DNA of 60,110 bases, filler included, from Squatina squatina (Eukaryota): the NCBI GenBank assembly GCA_031763465.1. It is 3 parts of 3 records of this genome, joined end to end, with 100 filler letters (N's around TTAATTAATTAA, not from the genome) between each part and the next. Parts side by side here need not be neighbours in the genome. Positions count along the whole stretch, not along the records: positions 1 to 25,694 come from JARFOE010000192.1; 2 more parts are not named here. One strand, 5' to 3'. Under the pieces are notes generated by a model that ran no database searches, was not told where the DNA came from, and saw only the letters and a program-made list of their open reading frames with translations. Both the position numbers and the translations under genes were made by a program. This document shows, piece after piece, positions 1-11,991 of this stretch; positions within the stretch are counted from its first letter, which is position 1; the number at the start of each line of letters is the position of its first letter.

Positions 1-95
1 TCACAAGTCAGGATAGCAGCAAGGGTAGAAAGTGAGGCAAATCAGGAAATAGTAATGGTGACATCAAGCCTGACTTCAAGGCTGTAAAAGTAAGA

Positions 96-325
96 AAGAA
101 CTTGCACCCAGAACGTCCCAAAGCGCTTCACAGCTAATGAAGTACTTTTTGAAGTCTAGTCACTGTTGTAATGTGGACAACACGGCGGCCAATCTGCGCA
201 CAGCAAGCTCCCAAAAACAGCAGTGTGGTAATAACCAGATAATCTGTTTTAGTGACGTTGGTTGAAGGATAAATAGTAACCAGGACTCTGGGGAGAACTC
301 TCCTGCTCTTCTTCGAAATAGTGCA
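96..325 (-). mobile_element. Deu-domain SINE (SacSINE1/AmnSINE-like), partial
   Basis: Reverse-complement match to the copies at 42312-42724 and 50190-50616 (shared motifs such as ctcctgctcttcttcgaaatagtg and cacagcaagctccca). Confidence 0.75.
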
Positions 326-564
326 ATGAAGGAGGAAGGAAAGAATAAAGGGGGTGGCAAAGGATTCCGACTACTTGACCGATTTAGCTGAGCAGCATCT
401 CAATGCCTGATTTGTATTTGACATTTATACATGAGTGAACGATACTGGGTTCCAATTTGCTCACAGAGGAATGGGCTGGCGTGGTAGCGTCAGAGGGAGC
501 AAAGCGTTTCACCAGTCGGCTCCGTGCTTCACTCGCCTGTTTTCTCTGTGCTTCTGTCTTGTAG

Positions 565-678
565 GCTGGCTGCTGCACTGAACTTCGGCTGCTGGAGGTG
601 AACACTGAGATCAAGCAGACCAACCCCTACTTCCAGTTCTGCATCGAGATGCTGCAGGCCGGCTGTCCCAAGCTGCAG
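565..678 (+). CDS. FBXL6: F-box/LRR-repeat protein 6, internal exon
   Basis: Pyrimidine tract with tag acceptor and cag|gt donor, 114 nt, phase 0-0. Translates AGCCTELRLLEVNTEIKQTNPYFQFCIEMLQAGCPKLQ, resembling FBXL6 (CCPQLQVLEV...EALQKGCPQLQ). 8q24.3-like neighbours support the call. Confidence 0.8.
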
Positions 679-729
679 GTATTTCGGGAATAAATGCTCC
701 ACATCCTGGCCTTTAGAAAAGAGTGCATG

Positions 730-1230
730 TTCTCCCTTTCAATACCGCCTCCTCGAAACAAAAAACACCCTCGACCCCTCTTGCAATCTAACATTCCATC
801 TCCAACCCCATCTCCAACCTCACTTTCGTCTTCAAAGACCTTCAATCTGTTTTTATGTCTATCTCTCCCACAACTCCCTGCTTCAATCTTTCCTATTCAA
901 GCTTTCCTATCATCCCACAGCACCAAGATGGCCTTCTTTCTAATTGTGACCATGGTACATTTTCCCTCCTCCTCCTCTTCGCTCTTTCTGTTTCCTTTGA
1001 CACAGTTGACCACACCATCACCCAGCAACATCTCTCCCCTGTTGTCCAGCAGGGTGGGATTGCCCTCACTTGATTCCACTCTTACCTATCCGATCGTAGC
1101 CAGAGCATCGTCAGTAATGGCTTCTCTTCCTGCCTCCACACCGTTACTTCCGCAGTCCCCCCAAGAATTAATTCTTGGTCCCCTCCTTCTACTCATGCTA
1201 TCCTGCAGCAAGTCCCACTTGCCCAGCACC
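730..1230 (+). mobile_element. Degraded L2-clade LINE reverse transcriptase fragment
   Basis: Peptide CDHGTFSLLLLFALSVSFDTVDHTI resembles L2 RT LLDLSAAFDTVDH, followed by a PQ-x-ILGPLL-like motif; frameshifted; ends approximate. Confidence 0.7.
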
Positions 1231-1801
1231 CCTATTCTTGCTGACCTACATTGTGATGTTGGCACCAGTCCCCCACCTTTTGAACTGCCTATTTGTCTGA
1301 TGTCCAAATTTAACATTCTTCCTCCACCCTCCCATTCTGTTGTCCTGCCCTGTCTTCTGGCATGATCTTTGTTCTTCTCTGAATACCAACAATGGCCTTT
1401 TGAAGTTGGAGGCCCAGCTCTCCCAAATATTGTCTTAGCAATGATCTATAAAGGGTTTGAAACACCCTGGTTCCCGAAGGTTTGCACTATGATCATTTCG
1501 CCAGAAGTCGGCTTCTCTGAGCTGGAAGAGTTGTGCTTGTGAATTGCACCTTGAGCTCTATCCTAGGTCTTCAATATGACCTGTTAAGTGGCCTTGAAGT
1601 GTCTGGTCAATATTTGAACTTTGATCTTCTGTTCTCCTCGGTCATGTTCATCAACACCCACTGACCTTGTAGACCTCATCATCTCTCAGTCAGTGCACCA
1701 GANNNNNNNNNNNNNNNNNNNNNNNNNNNNNNNNNNNNNNNNNNNNNNNNNNNNNNNNNNNNNNNNNNNNNNNNNNNNNNNNNNNNNNNNNNNNNNNNNN
1801 N

Positions 1802-1961
1802 NCTTCTGTGACGTATCGTTCTATGATTTGTAATTATAATTTCACTGCATTGCTCTGGAGTTCCCGTGCAAGCCATTCATCAGCTTTTGATTCGAAAAAC
1901 TGCTCATGCGCGGAAATTTGAATAGGCCACACACCCAAAAAAAAGGTTAGAGGGAACATTG
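1802..1961. mobile_element. Terminus of non-autonomous hAT-like DNA transposon
   Basis: Ends in ttagagggaacattg (reverse complement CAATGTTCCCTCTAA, a hAT-type TIR); the other end is lost in the gap. Confidence 0.5.
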
Positions 1962-2852
1962 ATTGGGGCAATCTAATTCAGTGACATAATTCCTGGTGTG
2001 AAGTAGTTACATTTAGCTCATCATTTATGCACTTAATTTTTCAAATTGGATCTCTTCTGGTTCCACACAAAGACCACCCACATATCCATTCCAGATTCTC
2101 TTCACAGTATATTAAAAATTGGATTTGATCTCCATGCTGTCACATTCTGAACCATGTGTTCTGCCAGTCCCATGCTCCAGAATCCCCGCCCTAAACCCCT
2201 CTACCTTTCCATCTCCCTCTCCTCCTTTAAGACCTTCCTTAAATCCCACCTTGTTGACCAATACTTGTTGGTCCTATCTTCTAGTCTGTTCTTTCTTCTG
2301 CGCCTCTATACCAGCACTCATGACACAACCCCACTGGGAAAGGCACAAAATCATCACTTGGATTGGTTTGCCTGAGGCTTTTCAATCCCTTCCCTATGGG
2401 GAACCCCTGGTCCCCACACCCACAGCGACATAGCTGATATCTGGAGCTTTACTCTATCCCAAGGCATGATAATCAGACAAATATTTTCATCCTAGGTTGA
2501 AGGAATGAACACTCCTCTAAAGCTGGAGTTGAAATACATTACATTCCCCACCACTTAAGACATCCACGTTTAAATCAGGCAGTTGCTTATGTCAGCCAAA
2601 AAGCGACACTTATCAATTTCAAAGTTGCTGGTTATTGCGTCTTAAGTGTTCCATTTATTTTGTGCAGAAACAGCTGTATATTCACCAGTTTGTCCCTCGT
2701 TAAGGTGCACTGAATCTTAGAACAAGCATAAGTAAATAGCACCTCTAAGATCCAATTACCTTTTGTGTTCTTAATCCCTTCTAATCGCCTAAAAATGGTG
2801 TGATGTTACACTTTGTACTAAGCAGACTGTAATCATGACCTACAGTGTGTGG

Positions 2853-2953
2853 TACAGTGCTGTCATAGTGCTACCCTGTTATACTGGCTAATGCGTATAG
2901 CGGGCAAATCGCATTCGCACGATTGCACCCGCTACAAACAGTGGGGGACTGTA
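2853..2953. mobile_element. Short palindromic MITE relic (Tc1/mariner/pogo type)
   Basis: TACAGT...ACTGTA termini; internal imperfect inverted repeat tagcgggcaaatcg / cgattgcacccgcta. Confidence 0.4.
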
Positions 2954-3009
2954 TGTAAATCAGACAACAGACCTCAATGAATGACTGAGCAAGGGAAGTG
3001 AGTACTAAC

Positions 3010-3099
3010 CTATGACCCCGGGCTTCTCTTTACCCGGTCCAATACAGCAGGGATCTTTATACATTTTGAGTATCTGATGCTGCTGTTCCAATTGGTCCT
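3010..3099 (-). CDS. SMPD5: Neutral sphingomyelinase SMPD5, internal exon
   Basis: ttttgctttag acceptor and gttagt donor, 90 nt, phase 1-1. Translates DQLEQQHQILKMYKDPCCIGPGKEKPGVIG, matching SMPD3/5 (DKLEQQHSLFTHYRDPCRLGPGEEKPWAIG). Confidence 0.85.
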   Translation of the reverse strand, partial: RTNWNSSIRYSKCIKIPAVLDRVKRSPGS

Positions 3100-3364
3100 C
3101 TAAAGCAAAAAAGAACAAGTGGTTAGGGATGCAGGGGTTAGACAGTTTCCATCTAGTGCAGTTGTCATCATTGAGAATCATAATGAATGGGATATTTTGA
3201 TTTTGGCCTTTTTTGATGTTCAGCTCTAACTTATTAAATTAGATAACCATTTTTTCACAAGGCTATTGTCATGTCATATTATGATGGGTAGAATATCTTA
3301 AGATTAGCTAACTGCACAGATCAAGGGTCAAACATGGGGTCTTTCAGCTCAACTTTAGTTTTAC

Positions 3365-3622
3365 TAACACTAGCTTAATAAAAGTGACCGTGAAACTGTC
3401 AGATTGTCGTTAAAAAGCCAACTGGTTCAATAATGTCCTTTACAAAAAGAAACCTGCCCTCCTTCGCTGGTCTGGGCCCAGATGTGACTCCAGTCCCACA
3501 CCAGTGTGGTTGACTCTTCACTTCCCTTTGAAGTGGCCTCGCAAGTCACCCAGTTAGGGCAACTAGGGATGGATAATAAATACGGGCTTTGCCAGGTCCC
3601 AAGAATAAATGAATAAAAAAAA
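3365..3622 (+). mobile_element. tRNA-type SINE (body and 3' tail), family shared with 13924, 31580 and 41950 copies
   Basis: Shared core ggttca(c)taatgtccttta...tgtgactccag...tgtggttgactctt and tail gggatgg.caataaat...gaataaaaaa. Confidence 0.7.
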
Positions 3623-4059
3623 ATGCAAATGTGTACTGCAATGTTAATCTTGTGTTCAGCTTGAAACACCAACAACTACATGCAAAATACACATTATTTT
3701 TGTCACGTTTTTGTGAAATTTGTGGTCTCTCATATGGATGCAAAAATATCACCTGCAGCACTCTTCCAAAACAATGCTTAAAAAAGTACAAAAATAAATA
3801 TAGTATCCAATATTTGTCCATCTGTTTAAACAGTGACCACATTTTAATAGAAAATAGTTTTTTTTTTATACCAGTGTGAAGCATAGATATCATTACACCA
3901 TTGGTGGCTCTGAAGTGGTCACAGGAATATCTGTGGGCTCATGTACAACTTTGCAGTCANNNNNNNNNNNNNNNNNNNNNNNNNNNNNNNNNNNNNNNNN
4001 NNNNNNNNNNNNNNNNNNNNNNNNNNNNNNNNNNNNNNNNNNNNNNNNNNNNNNNNNNN

Positions 4060-4896
4060 CCGCTTTTTCTGAGGTCTAGTGTGGCAGTTTGAGCAAACGG
4101 GAGATGGGGTTCGCGGCCTGCTGGGCTGGTTGGCTGGAGCTTCATCTGTGACATTTGCCAGGTTGTTCCCTTCTGAAGGATCCACGTTGGTGCGACTTGC
4201 ACCCAAACTTTCAAGCGCATTCCCGACTTCACTACTCTCCTTGGAACTACCTATGTAGTACAAGTTGTTCACGGCCAGAACGGATGCGCCAGGTCCCTGC
4301 AACTTAATTGTGCCGTAAGAGTTGGGTGCTTCTCCAACGGCAGGCAGGAGGCTACTTCTGCTCTGTGAATTGGTGGCGTCGCTCGTCGGTGAGTCCACGC
4401 AGACTTTAATCCTTGGTCGGTTGACAGAGTCGCAGATATGTGTGGCGATCTGAGCCGCCCTCCTTTGGGTCCGAGACAGGTTGTTGAATCGGGCCAAGCA
4501 GTTGGGCAGAAAGCACAAGTTTGCCTCCACGAAACTACACCCTTTTCCCTCTCCGTGTCCCGTCCATTCCTCCTGGACAACTGCCTTTGGGGTTTTCACG
4601 CAAGAGTAACTGAAGGGCCTTCTCACTGCCTGTAAAGGAGCCCAGATGATGAATCCAACTAATGCCAAGGGCACAGTGATTGCCAACAGAGTCAGACACA
4701 GAAGGAATCTGAAGAAAACCTTTATTGGCCAAAGGTAGCACTCCTGCTCTCGTTTTTGATGCTTCTCATAGGTCGTTGGCATACAGACGGCTATCATGTG
4801 ATCCAGGGACCAGAAACAAGGGAAGATTAAGGCCCAGGCTGCAGTGTGTAAGCCATGGACACAGGCATTGGGGAAAGGAGACTCACGTAGAACCAT
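4060..4896 (-). CDS. SMPD5: Neutral sphingomyelinase SMPD5 (SMPD3 paralog), first coding exon, truncated by gap
   Basis: MVLRESPFPN...AWALIFPCFW...EQECYL...ANLCFLPNCLARFNNL...RIKVCVDSP. The RESPFPN and EQECYL motifs and the SPATC1/GRINA neighbourhood favour SMPD5 over SMPD3. Likely acceptor near 5080. Confidence 0.85.
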
Positions 4897-5144
4897 CTTT
4901 ACATTAAAAAAAATTTATATAATCTTCTAAGGCAATGGGTATGCTATAGGCTCAGTAGTTCTGGTAGGCTGGAGCCAATCATTTAACATTGCATTTTGTT
5001 TTATGGCATGTTCCATTGGAGGAGACCGTGTGTCCAGTACTATTGATGTTGAACGAGTCTCCTCTTTGCCCTTATATTCTGGAACAAAACAAAAAAGTCA
5101 TCAATTTCGGTGTCTGCTCTTAAAATGAAAAGAACCCCATGAAA

Positions 5145-5496
5145 CACAGTGCAGTACTGAGGGAATGTTCTGCTGTCAGAGGTACCATCTTTTGGATGAG
5201 ATGTTAAATCAAGGCCCCATCTGTCCTCTCAAGTGGACATTAAATATATCCGTGGCACTACTCAAACAGTGGGGGCGTTCTAACCCGTGTCCTGGTCAAT
5301 ATTTATCCCTCTACCAATATTCACAAAAAACAGATGATCTGGTCATTATCTCATTGCTGTTTGTGGTGCTTAATTGGCTTCCACCTTCGCTGCAACTGCA
5401 ACAGGGACTACACTTCAAAAGTATTTCATTGGCTGTGAAGCACTTTGGGATGTGCTGAGGTTATGAACAGCACTATAGAAATGCAAGATCTTTCTT
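5145..5496 (+). mobile_element. Deu-domain SINE
   Basis: gcagtactgagggaatg...aaggccccatctgtcctctcaagtggac...aaatgcaagatctttcttt tail. Confidence 0.75.
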
Positions 5497-7066
5497 TAAC
5501 TCATTAATTACCAGCAATGTACATCAGGCCTATAAGCAATGCTCCCTTAAAGTTGCGTGGCCTCGCAGCACTCCAGAGGTCTCCCACAGCCAGTGAGCCA
5601 GCTTTTAAATTGAAATAAAAATGCACATGCATGAACTTTTGAACTAGCCACATTTGTTTTTTTTTTATATAGGGAGCACTGCTTGTAAGTTGAGGTTAGA
5701 TGGCAGCACACTGCTCTGTCACAAAGACTCAGATACTTTGGATAGCAACCTGGAGCAGGAACCCTGGCTGAATCCCCCTCCACCCAGAGAACAATTTTGA
5801 AACCCCCTCAGCCACCGGCTGGTTTGCAAAACTCAGCAACATTCTGCCTTTTGTTTTCTTCAGCCCTGCCATTTTGATTGGTGAGGACCACAAACTTGAG
5901 TGCAGCTGGGTTTCCACCATTAAATCGTGGCTGGAGCATCTCAAGCAATCCCAGCTCGTTCTGCCTCCCTCCAGCCAATTCCTTCCACTACTCCAGGACC
6001 ATCCCAGAAGGTGAAGATAATCGCCTCATTCTCCTCATCCGTCATCCTTGGCCTACTGTCCCTCATCCAAGCTCCAACCACATAAGACACTGTAGCTGCA
6101 CCCCAATCTGTGCCCCAGTCTTAACCATGCTCACCTCCAGCTCCTGCACTCTCAATTCCCTTCAGCTGCCTGAGTCCAGCTCTCTGCTGTGTAAAGAAAA
6201 TGTACAGGACCGACATGTTAACCAGTGTCTGAGTTTTGAGTAATTAAAGACTAAAAAATGAAACATTAATGCTAAAAAATATATTTCTTCATATTCTATC
6301 AACAACTAATGGTGCCAAGAAGTTTAAGCAGTGATGCAATCACAGGGCTTGGCCAGTGTTCATAATCTCACCGGTTTATCTGAGAACATCAGAGCCACTG
6401 ACTCACTGACAAGGTAACTAGATTTGTTTCAGGATTTACTCCCGTCCCTAAATGGACTACCGTCTGGAACTTGGTTAAGAAAAAAAATCAGCCACACACA
6501 TGATCAGAAATCAATCTAAAGATAGTGAAAATGCCCCTTTCAAAAGTTGCAATCAATGCATTGCAGTGTGCTGACACAATAGCGCCTTTAGAATTAGGAC
6601 CATGATGTTTTAAATATGTCAGCGAAACTGGAAGGAAATACAGGAGGTAGCTGGCATACGATCCATGCTTTCAGATTAAAATTTTGAAAATAAAATCTTC
6701 ATATCTCTCTAAAAGGTGTTTAGTCAATATCACGGAAAACATTTTATTTGATTAAAATATTTCTCCCATCTACTGGGGAAACCCTCCGGGCATTGTATTT
6801 GTATATAGAACGCTTTGAATTACGTCAGAAAACACACATTAACAAACGGTCCCAACCACAATCGGGCCCCATCAAATATTCATATCACCTGAAAGATGTG
6901 TTACATTCCAAGTACCCGAACAGTTTGTGGTGTACTTATTCCGACCATGATTACATGTATTTGGTAGACTTCGAAATGTATACCTTATCCAGCTAAATTA
7001 AACCTGCTGCTGGGGTGGGGCTCTGTCGATGGGTATTTGCAAATGCAACCTCTTGATATAAAATAT

Positions 7067-7195
7067 AAACAAAAAATGCTGGAAAACTCAGCAGGTCAGG
7101 CAGCATCTGTGGAGAGAGAAACAGAGTTAACATTTTGGGTCGATGACCGCTGACCTGCTGAGTTTTTCCAGCATTCGCAGTATTTCGCTTTTGTA
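7067..7195. mobile_element. Penelope-like element terminus in inverted (palindromic) arrangement
   Basis: Arms aatgctggaaaactcagcaggtcag (7075-7099) and ctgacctgctgagtttttccagcatt (7150-7175); same family as 31673, 52255 and 54110. Confidence 0.7.
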
Positions 7196-7300
7196 CTCTT
7201 NNNNNNNNNNNNNNNNNNNNNNNNNNNNNNNNNNNNNNNNNNNNNNNNNNNNNNNNNNNNNNNNNNNNNNNNNNNNNNNNNNNNNNNNNNNNNNNNNNNN

Positions 7301-7866
7301 ACCTCCTAACTCCCCAAAGCCTTTCCACCATCTACAAGGCACAAGTCAGGAGCGTGATGGAATACTCTCCACTTGCCAGGATGAGTGCAGCTCCAACAAC
7401 ACTCAAGAAGCTCGACACCATCCAGGACAAAGCAGTCTGTTTGATCGGCACCCCTTCTACGACCTTAAACATTCACTCCCTGCATCACCGGCGCACTGTG
7501 GCTGCAGTGAGTACCATCTACAAGATGCAGCAACTCGCCAAGGCTTCTTCGGCAGCACCTCCCAAACCCACTACCTCTACCATCTAGAAAGACAAGGGCA
7601 GCAGACTCATGGGAACAGCACCACCTCCAAATTCCCCTCTAAATCGCACGCCATCCTGACTTGGAAGTCTGTCGTTGTTCCTTTGTCATCACTGAGTCAA
7701 AATCCTGGAACTCCCTCCCGAACAGCACTGTGGGAGTTCCTTCACCACAAGGACTGCAGTGGTTCAAGGCGGCGGCTCATCACCACCTTCTCAAGGGCAC
7801 CGAGGGATGGGCAATAAATGCTGGCCTTGCCAGCGACGCCCACATCCCAGGAACGAATAAAAAAAA
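7301..7866 (+). mobile_element. LINE 3' end (CR1/Jockey-group ORF2 C-terminus, 3' UTR, A tail)
   Basis: IYKAQVRSVMEYSPLA...LDTIQDKA..LIG...SLHHRRTVAA..TIYK, then SFVITESKSWNSLP; ends gaacgaataaaaaaaa. Confidence 0.8.
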
Positions 7867-8527
7867 CTTCTGGGACGGTAAGGGGACGACGCATACGGCA
7901 ATTAAATCATCAACGCAGTGCACTGCTAAACTGCGTGCTTCCGGCAGGAGAGGGACGCTAACTTGTAGCCTCTGCAAAACCCTTTCCCAATTCCGCAGGG
8001 AGCGATTTTTGCACCGTGCCCAGGCGAATTTATTTTGCGCTCTGCTAACGGCTGTCGTTAGAAGGGGCCATTTCGCCCCCTACATTTCCCAGCCTTTTCT
8101 TCGATGGCCTCAGCTGTCAATTTAAGAATAGCTGAGCAGGCCACAGTAGAAATGGTAAAATTAGTTAGAGCCTAGCTAGTGATTGGGGTGGCCTCGAGAT
8201 TCGGAGGCCTCAGTCGGGCATGCTGCGTTGGTGGCCCGCAGCTCACTGGCCCAATGTTAATGAGCCCGGTGCCTTAAAATGGCGGGCGCCGTTTTGCCTT
8301 GGGTCAGGGCTATTGGCCAGTGTGCTCTGCTGGTTAGTCACACAATAGTCAAAGTCGACCCCAACAGATTTAGTTTGTGATAAAACTTCTGAAAGTGATT
8401 GCCATGCCTGTCTTTGCAAAATGATTAAAGCTGAAGTAGAGACTGACGTGCCCAGTTTTATTGAGTGAACGCTGTTCGGTGGTAATTCATTTGCTCTAAC
8501 TGCTGACTTTCCTCTGCGCAATAACCT

Positions 8528-8836
8528 CTACCAAATAAACAGTGGTTGCCCATCGTCATTTGACATGCTCGACAAACAATTGAGCAGTACCATTAGATCC
8601 AGCACTAAGTTGAGTGGAGCATTTTCATGAATTGTTTTCTTCAGGTATTCTGGATCATTGTAATTTGCTAACATCAGTGGGCACTGTGGTTTTTCTCGGA
8701 GGATTCCAAAGGTATTCACTATGTATTCTGCAAATTTAGGATGGGTTTGAGGGCAGTAGCCAAAGTTTCTCAGTTGCTGCATGATCGCATTGTGGCGACT
8801 GATCATTTCGTCACGCTCGTTATCACATGAGGCAAC
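8528..8836 (-). CDS. SPATC1: Speriolin (spermatogenesis and centriole associated 1), last exon
   Basis: tttgttctccag acceptor, 309 nt to TAG. Translates ...QLRNFGYCPQTHPKFAEYIVNTFGILREKP...LLNCLSSMSNDDGQPLFIW*, the speriolin C-terminal domain (human SPATC1 ends DDGKPMFIW). Lies between SMPD5 and GRINA as in mammals. Confidence 0.85.
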   Translation of the reverse strand, partial: VASCDNERDEMISRHNAIMQQLRNFGYCPQTHPKFAEYIVNTFGILREKPQCPLMLANYNDPEYLKKTIHENAPLNLVLDLMVLLNCLSSMSNDDGQPLFIW

Positions 8837-9590
8837 CTGGAGAACAAACACTCTCATGAGACAATATCCTTTGTTACACACAAGCCTTCTCTCACATCCT
8901 TGTCTACATGGGCTCTGTTTTTTCCTGTAATGTAATGTTTGGCGCCCCAAACAGCTAGTGAGGCAGTCCTTCAGTTTAAAGTAACGTGATTTGATTGTGG
9001 GAATCTGTCATCCCAGTAACGTTCTAACATGACCCACTGCTGGCCACAGAAATGCAACTTGCCCGCTATGGACGAAGGCCAGTAGCGTTACTCTCATTGG
9101 TAAATTGGTTAAATAAGGAAAACAGCTAAAGTAAGTAGCTATCCCCAAGATTCTCCAGTGTCAAGCTGTTAATCAGTTATAAAATTTGGAAGAGCTGGTA
9201 CTCAGGCTCACATATGAAAGGCGTAGATTTGTAATGGAAGAGTGATCTTAATCTGGCTTCGTTCCAGTGTGCTTTGCAGCCTCACTTCTGTGCTCAACAC
9301 GGAGAAAAGCTTCCCGCATTGTCTAATATATCACTTCAGAGGTCGTGCTGCTTTCTCTGCGAAAATTATTTCAATGGCACCTTTGAATCTGAAGCTTATT
9401 AAAATTCATTATCTCCACCTTTTCTACAGTAAAATTAAAAACCATTTCAATTCAATTTTTTTAAATCACCGAGAGAATCTTCACCCTCTGNNNNNNNNNN
9501 NNNNNNNNNNNNNNNNNNNNNNNNNNNNNNNNNNNNNNNNNNNNNNNNNNNNNNNNNNNNNNNNNNNNNNNNNNNNNNNNNNNNNNNNNN

Positions 9591-10154
9591 AGGTGGACCA
9601 CAACAGAGCTGGGACCAATGCCCTCACGGGGAGATTAACTGATGCTTAGATGGGAGGGCTTAAACTAATTTAGCAGGGGAATGAAACATTAGAGAGGAGA
9701 AACAAGGACTAGGAGAGACAAACAGCATTAGAGTAAAGAGAAGTTCAGAAAAAGGAGGGATCAGACAGGGGGCAAATACAAGACAATTGAAGATGAGTTT
9801 GGAGTGCATGCGCATAAATGAGGTGGGTGAGCTTACATGGGACTATACAGTGACAATAACAGAGACATGGCTCAAAGGAGAGGATTGTGAACTTAATATT
9901 CCTGGCTACAAAGTATTCAGGAAAGATAGGGAGCAAAAAAAAAGAGGCATGGCAGATGAAACTATTATAGCACAGCAGATGCTGTATGTGAGGTGGTCAA
10001 AGACAGAATCTATTTGGTTAGAATGGAGGAGCCATTGTACTACAGGATGTATGCTATAGGCCACCAAATATTGAGAAGGAGACAAGAGGAGCAACCTTGC
10101 ACGCAAATTACAGAAAGATGCTGGAACTACAGAGTAGTGATAATGGGGGGCTTC
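9591..10154 (+). mobile_element. CR1 LINE fragment (ORF1 end and ORF2 endonuclease region), degraded
   Basis: ITETWLKG..LNIPGYKVFRKDR...TESIWLE and VVIMGGF motifs. Confidence 0.8.
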
Positions 10155-10982
10155 NNNNNNNNNNNNNNNNNNNNNNNNNNNNNNNNNNNNNNNNNNNNNN
10201 NNNNNNNNNNNNNNNNNNNNNNNNNNNNNNNNNNNNNNNNNNNNNNNNNNNNNNGACCACGCTGCCAAATGTAAATAACGACGGGACGCAGGGCTAGGAA
10301 AGCCAGTATATTTTCTTGTCTTCCCTCTGCAGCTTTGCAAACTCCTTATAATAAAACTCCATGCCAATACTAACTGCAGCAGTGGCAATAATCCCTTTGA
10401 TCAACCTGTTGAAAGGAGAGCGCCCAGTTGTTGCCACCTCCTCCCTCTCGACTGTCCAATCACGAATTTTGTACTGGCCTCAACTCATTTCAGAGTCCTT
10501 GATAAAAATTTCAAATACAAATCTTCAGGCACTTCTGTCCCTTTATCAGTGCCTTCTCCTCCTTCTGGCATTGCAGCAGATGTCCAACTGCAGCACACCA
10601 AATTATGCTGGGTGACAGTGGTGGGCTCTCTCAGTTAGTGGAGATATTGCTGGGAACCTACCCTGCATGTTTAATGACCCCCAACCCAGAAATATTTTTA
10701 CAGTCATGGTGGGTGGCATGCAGAAGTCCCGTCCCAATCCATATCTGGTGGAAAAATTGCCTTGGAGGGAAATCTTTATTTACGGGATCCATCTACTCAA
10801 TTCAACAATGTTGTAGAGCAGCAATGCTCTGAGCCACTGGGTCACCTTTTATGCATAACATAGTTTGAAACAGGTCACATGTCTTCCAAACCACGTGTAC
10901 CAGTCACATGGACCAAATGGTCCTTCCTGGTTATCTTCAATCCTTTGCCCCTGTATCAACTTTTTTCTACTTTAAAACTTAC

Positions 10983-11021
10983 GCTTTTCTTCTTCTGAAA
11001 CTTCACCATGCTGCAACCTCT
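10983..11021 (-). CDS. Candidate 39-nt micro-exon, probably SPATC1
   Basis: ttgttctctgtcaacag acceptor and gtaagt donor, phase 1-1, open (RLQHGEVSEEEK); same strand as and upstream of the SPATC1 last exon. Confidence 0.5.
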
Positions 11022-11142
11022 CTGTTGACAGAGAACAACAGTACTCAGACTTTTTCTTAATATACAAGGTTTGAACTAGGCTATTGCAGTGAAACCCTAT
11101 AATTTTAAAACTAATGCCTTTTCAAGTTATCCTTCAACTTAC

Positions 11143-11175
11143 CAAGTTGGTCCTGAAGTTCTTTCAGAGCCACCT
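11143..11175 (-). CDS. Candidate 33-nt micro-exon, probably SPATC1
   Basis: ttgttctctgttgacag acceptor and gtaagt donor, phase 1-1, open (VALKELQDQL). Confidence 0.5.
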
Positions 11176-11309
11176 CTGTCAACAGAGAACAAAGGTCTCA
11201 GTACAAACCTTGCATATTAAAGAAAATTCTAAAATACTGCAATCATTTAAATATTGCTATTAAAGCATAAATCTGAATGAAATATTACTAAATGGCATGA
11301 ACTGTTGAA

Positions 11310-11991
11310 CGATGTTCCTCACTGAGGTTCAAATAGGAGAATTGCTCCTTGAACACCCTGGGTGGATATGGCCTCCTGTTGAGAGCCCTTCTCCCCTTTC
11401 CTCCTCCTCCCTCTTCTAGCAGCTTGTCCTGCTCTGCGTGGCCTCTGTTCATTTTCCCAGCCGTGCTGTATCCCAAGAGGAAGGCCTCCTACTGCACCCA
11501 TGTCTGGGAGCAACTGGTTTATGCAGAAGCCTTGAAGTCAGCAAAACGCACTTCAGCTCCTGTCACACCACTCCCTGTAGACTGTTTTTTACAACTTGAA
11601 ACGACTATGGAAAGCGCCCAACACTTGTTGAATTGTGGCAACAGCCAGAAGAAATAAACCAGCAGCTAACCTGTAAGAAGTTGATGATCCCAACTGGTGG
11701 GGAGTCCTTCCTGATGCTTAAAGCGTGTTCAGCTGTGTGAGGTTAAGAGAGGGCGTCAGCTGGAACGTGGAGCTCCAAAATGACAGTGCTGTCATCAAAT
11801 CAGCATTGCATGCTGTTTGATGTCATGAACTGCGTACTCTGTATACTTTCGGCGGACGTTAGCTACATGCGCACTAACACCTTCACCAATATGCCGTCCC
11901 ACACAATTCACAGCAGAAGTGTGCCATTATGATCCCCGAACGGCATCCACAGCACCCAAACAATGGCTGCTACTGAGCCTAATTTTGCTCC
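11310..11991 (-). mobile_element. Harbinger/PIF transposon 5' part, relic
   Basis: Peptide RRPYPPRVFKEQFSYLNLSEE resembles the N-terminus of HARBI1-like transposases; possible TIR ggagcaaaatt ending at 11991. Confidence 0.5.

Noticed and set aside
694-1365. 223-aa Ser/Pro/Leu-rich ORF
   Set aside because: Pyrimidine-rich decayed L2 sequence; not a cellular gene
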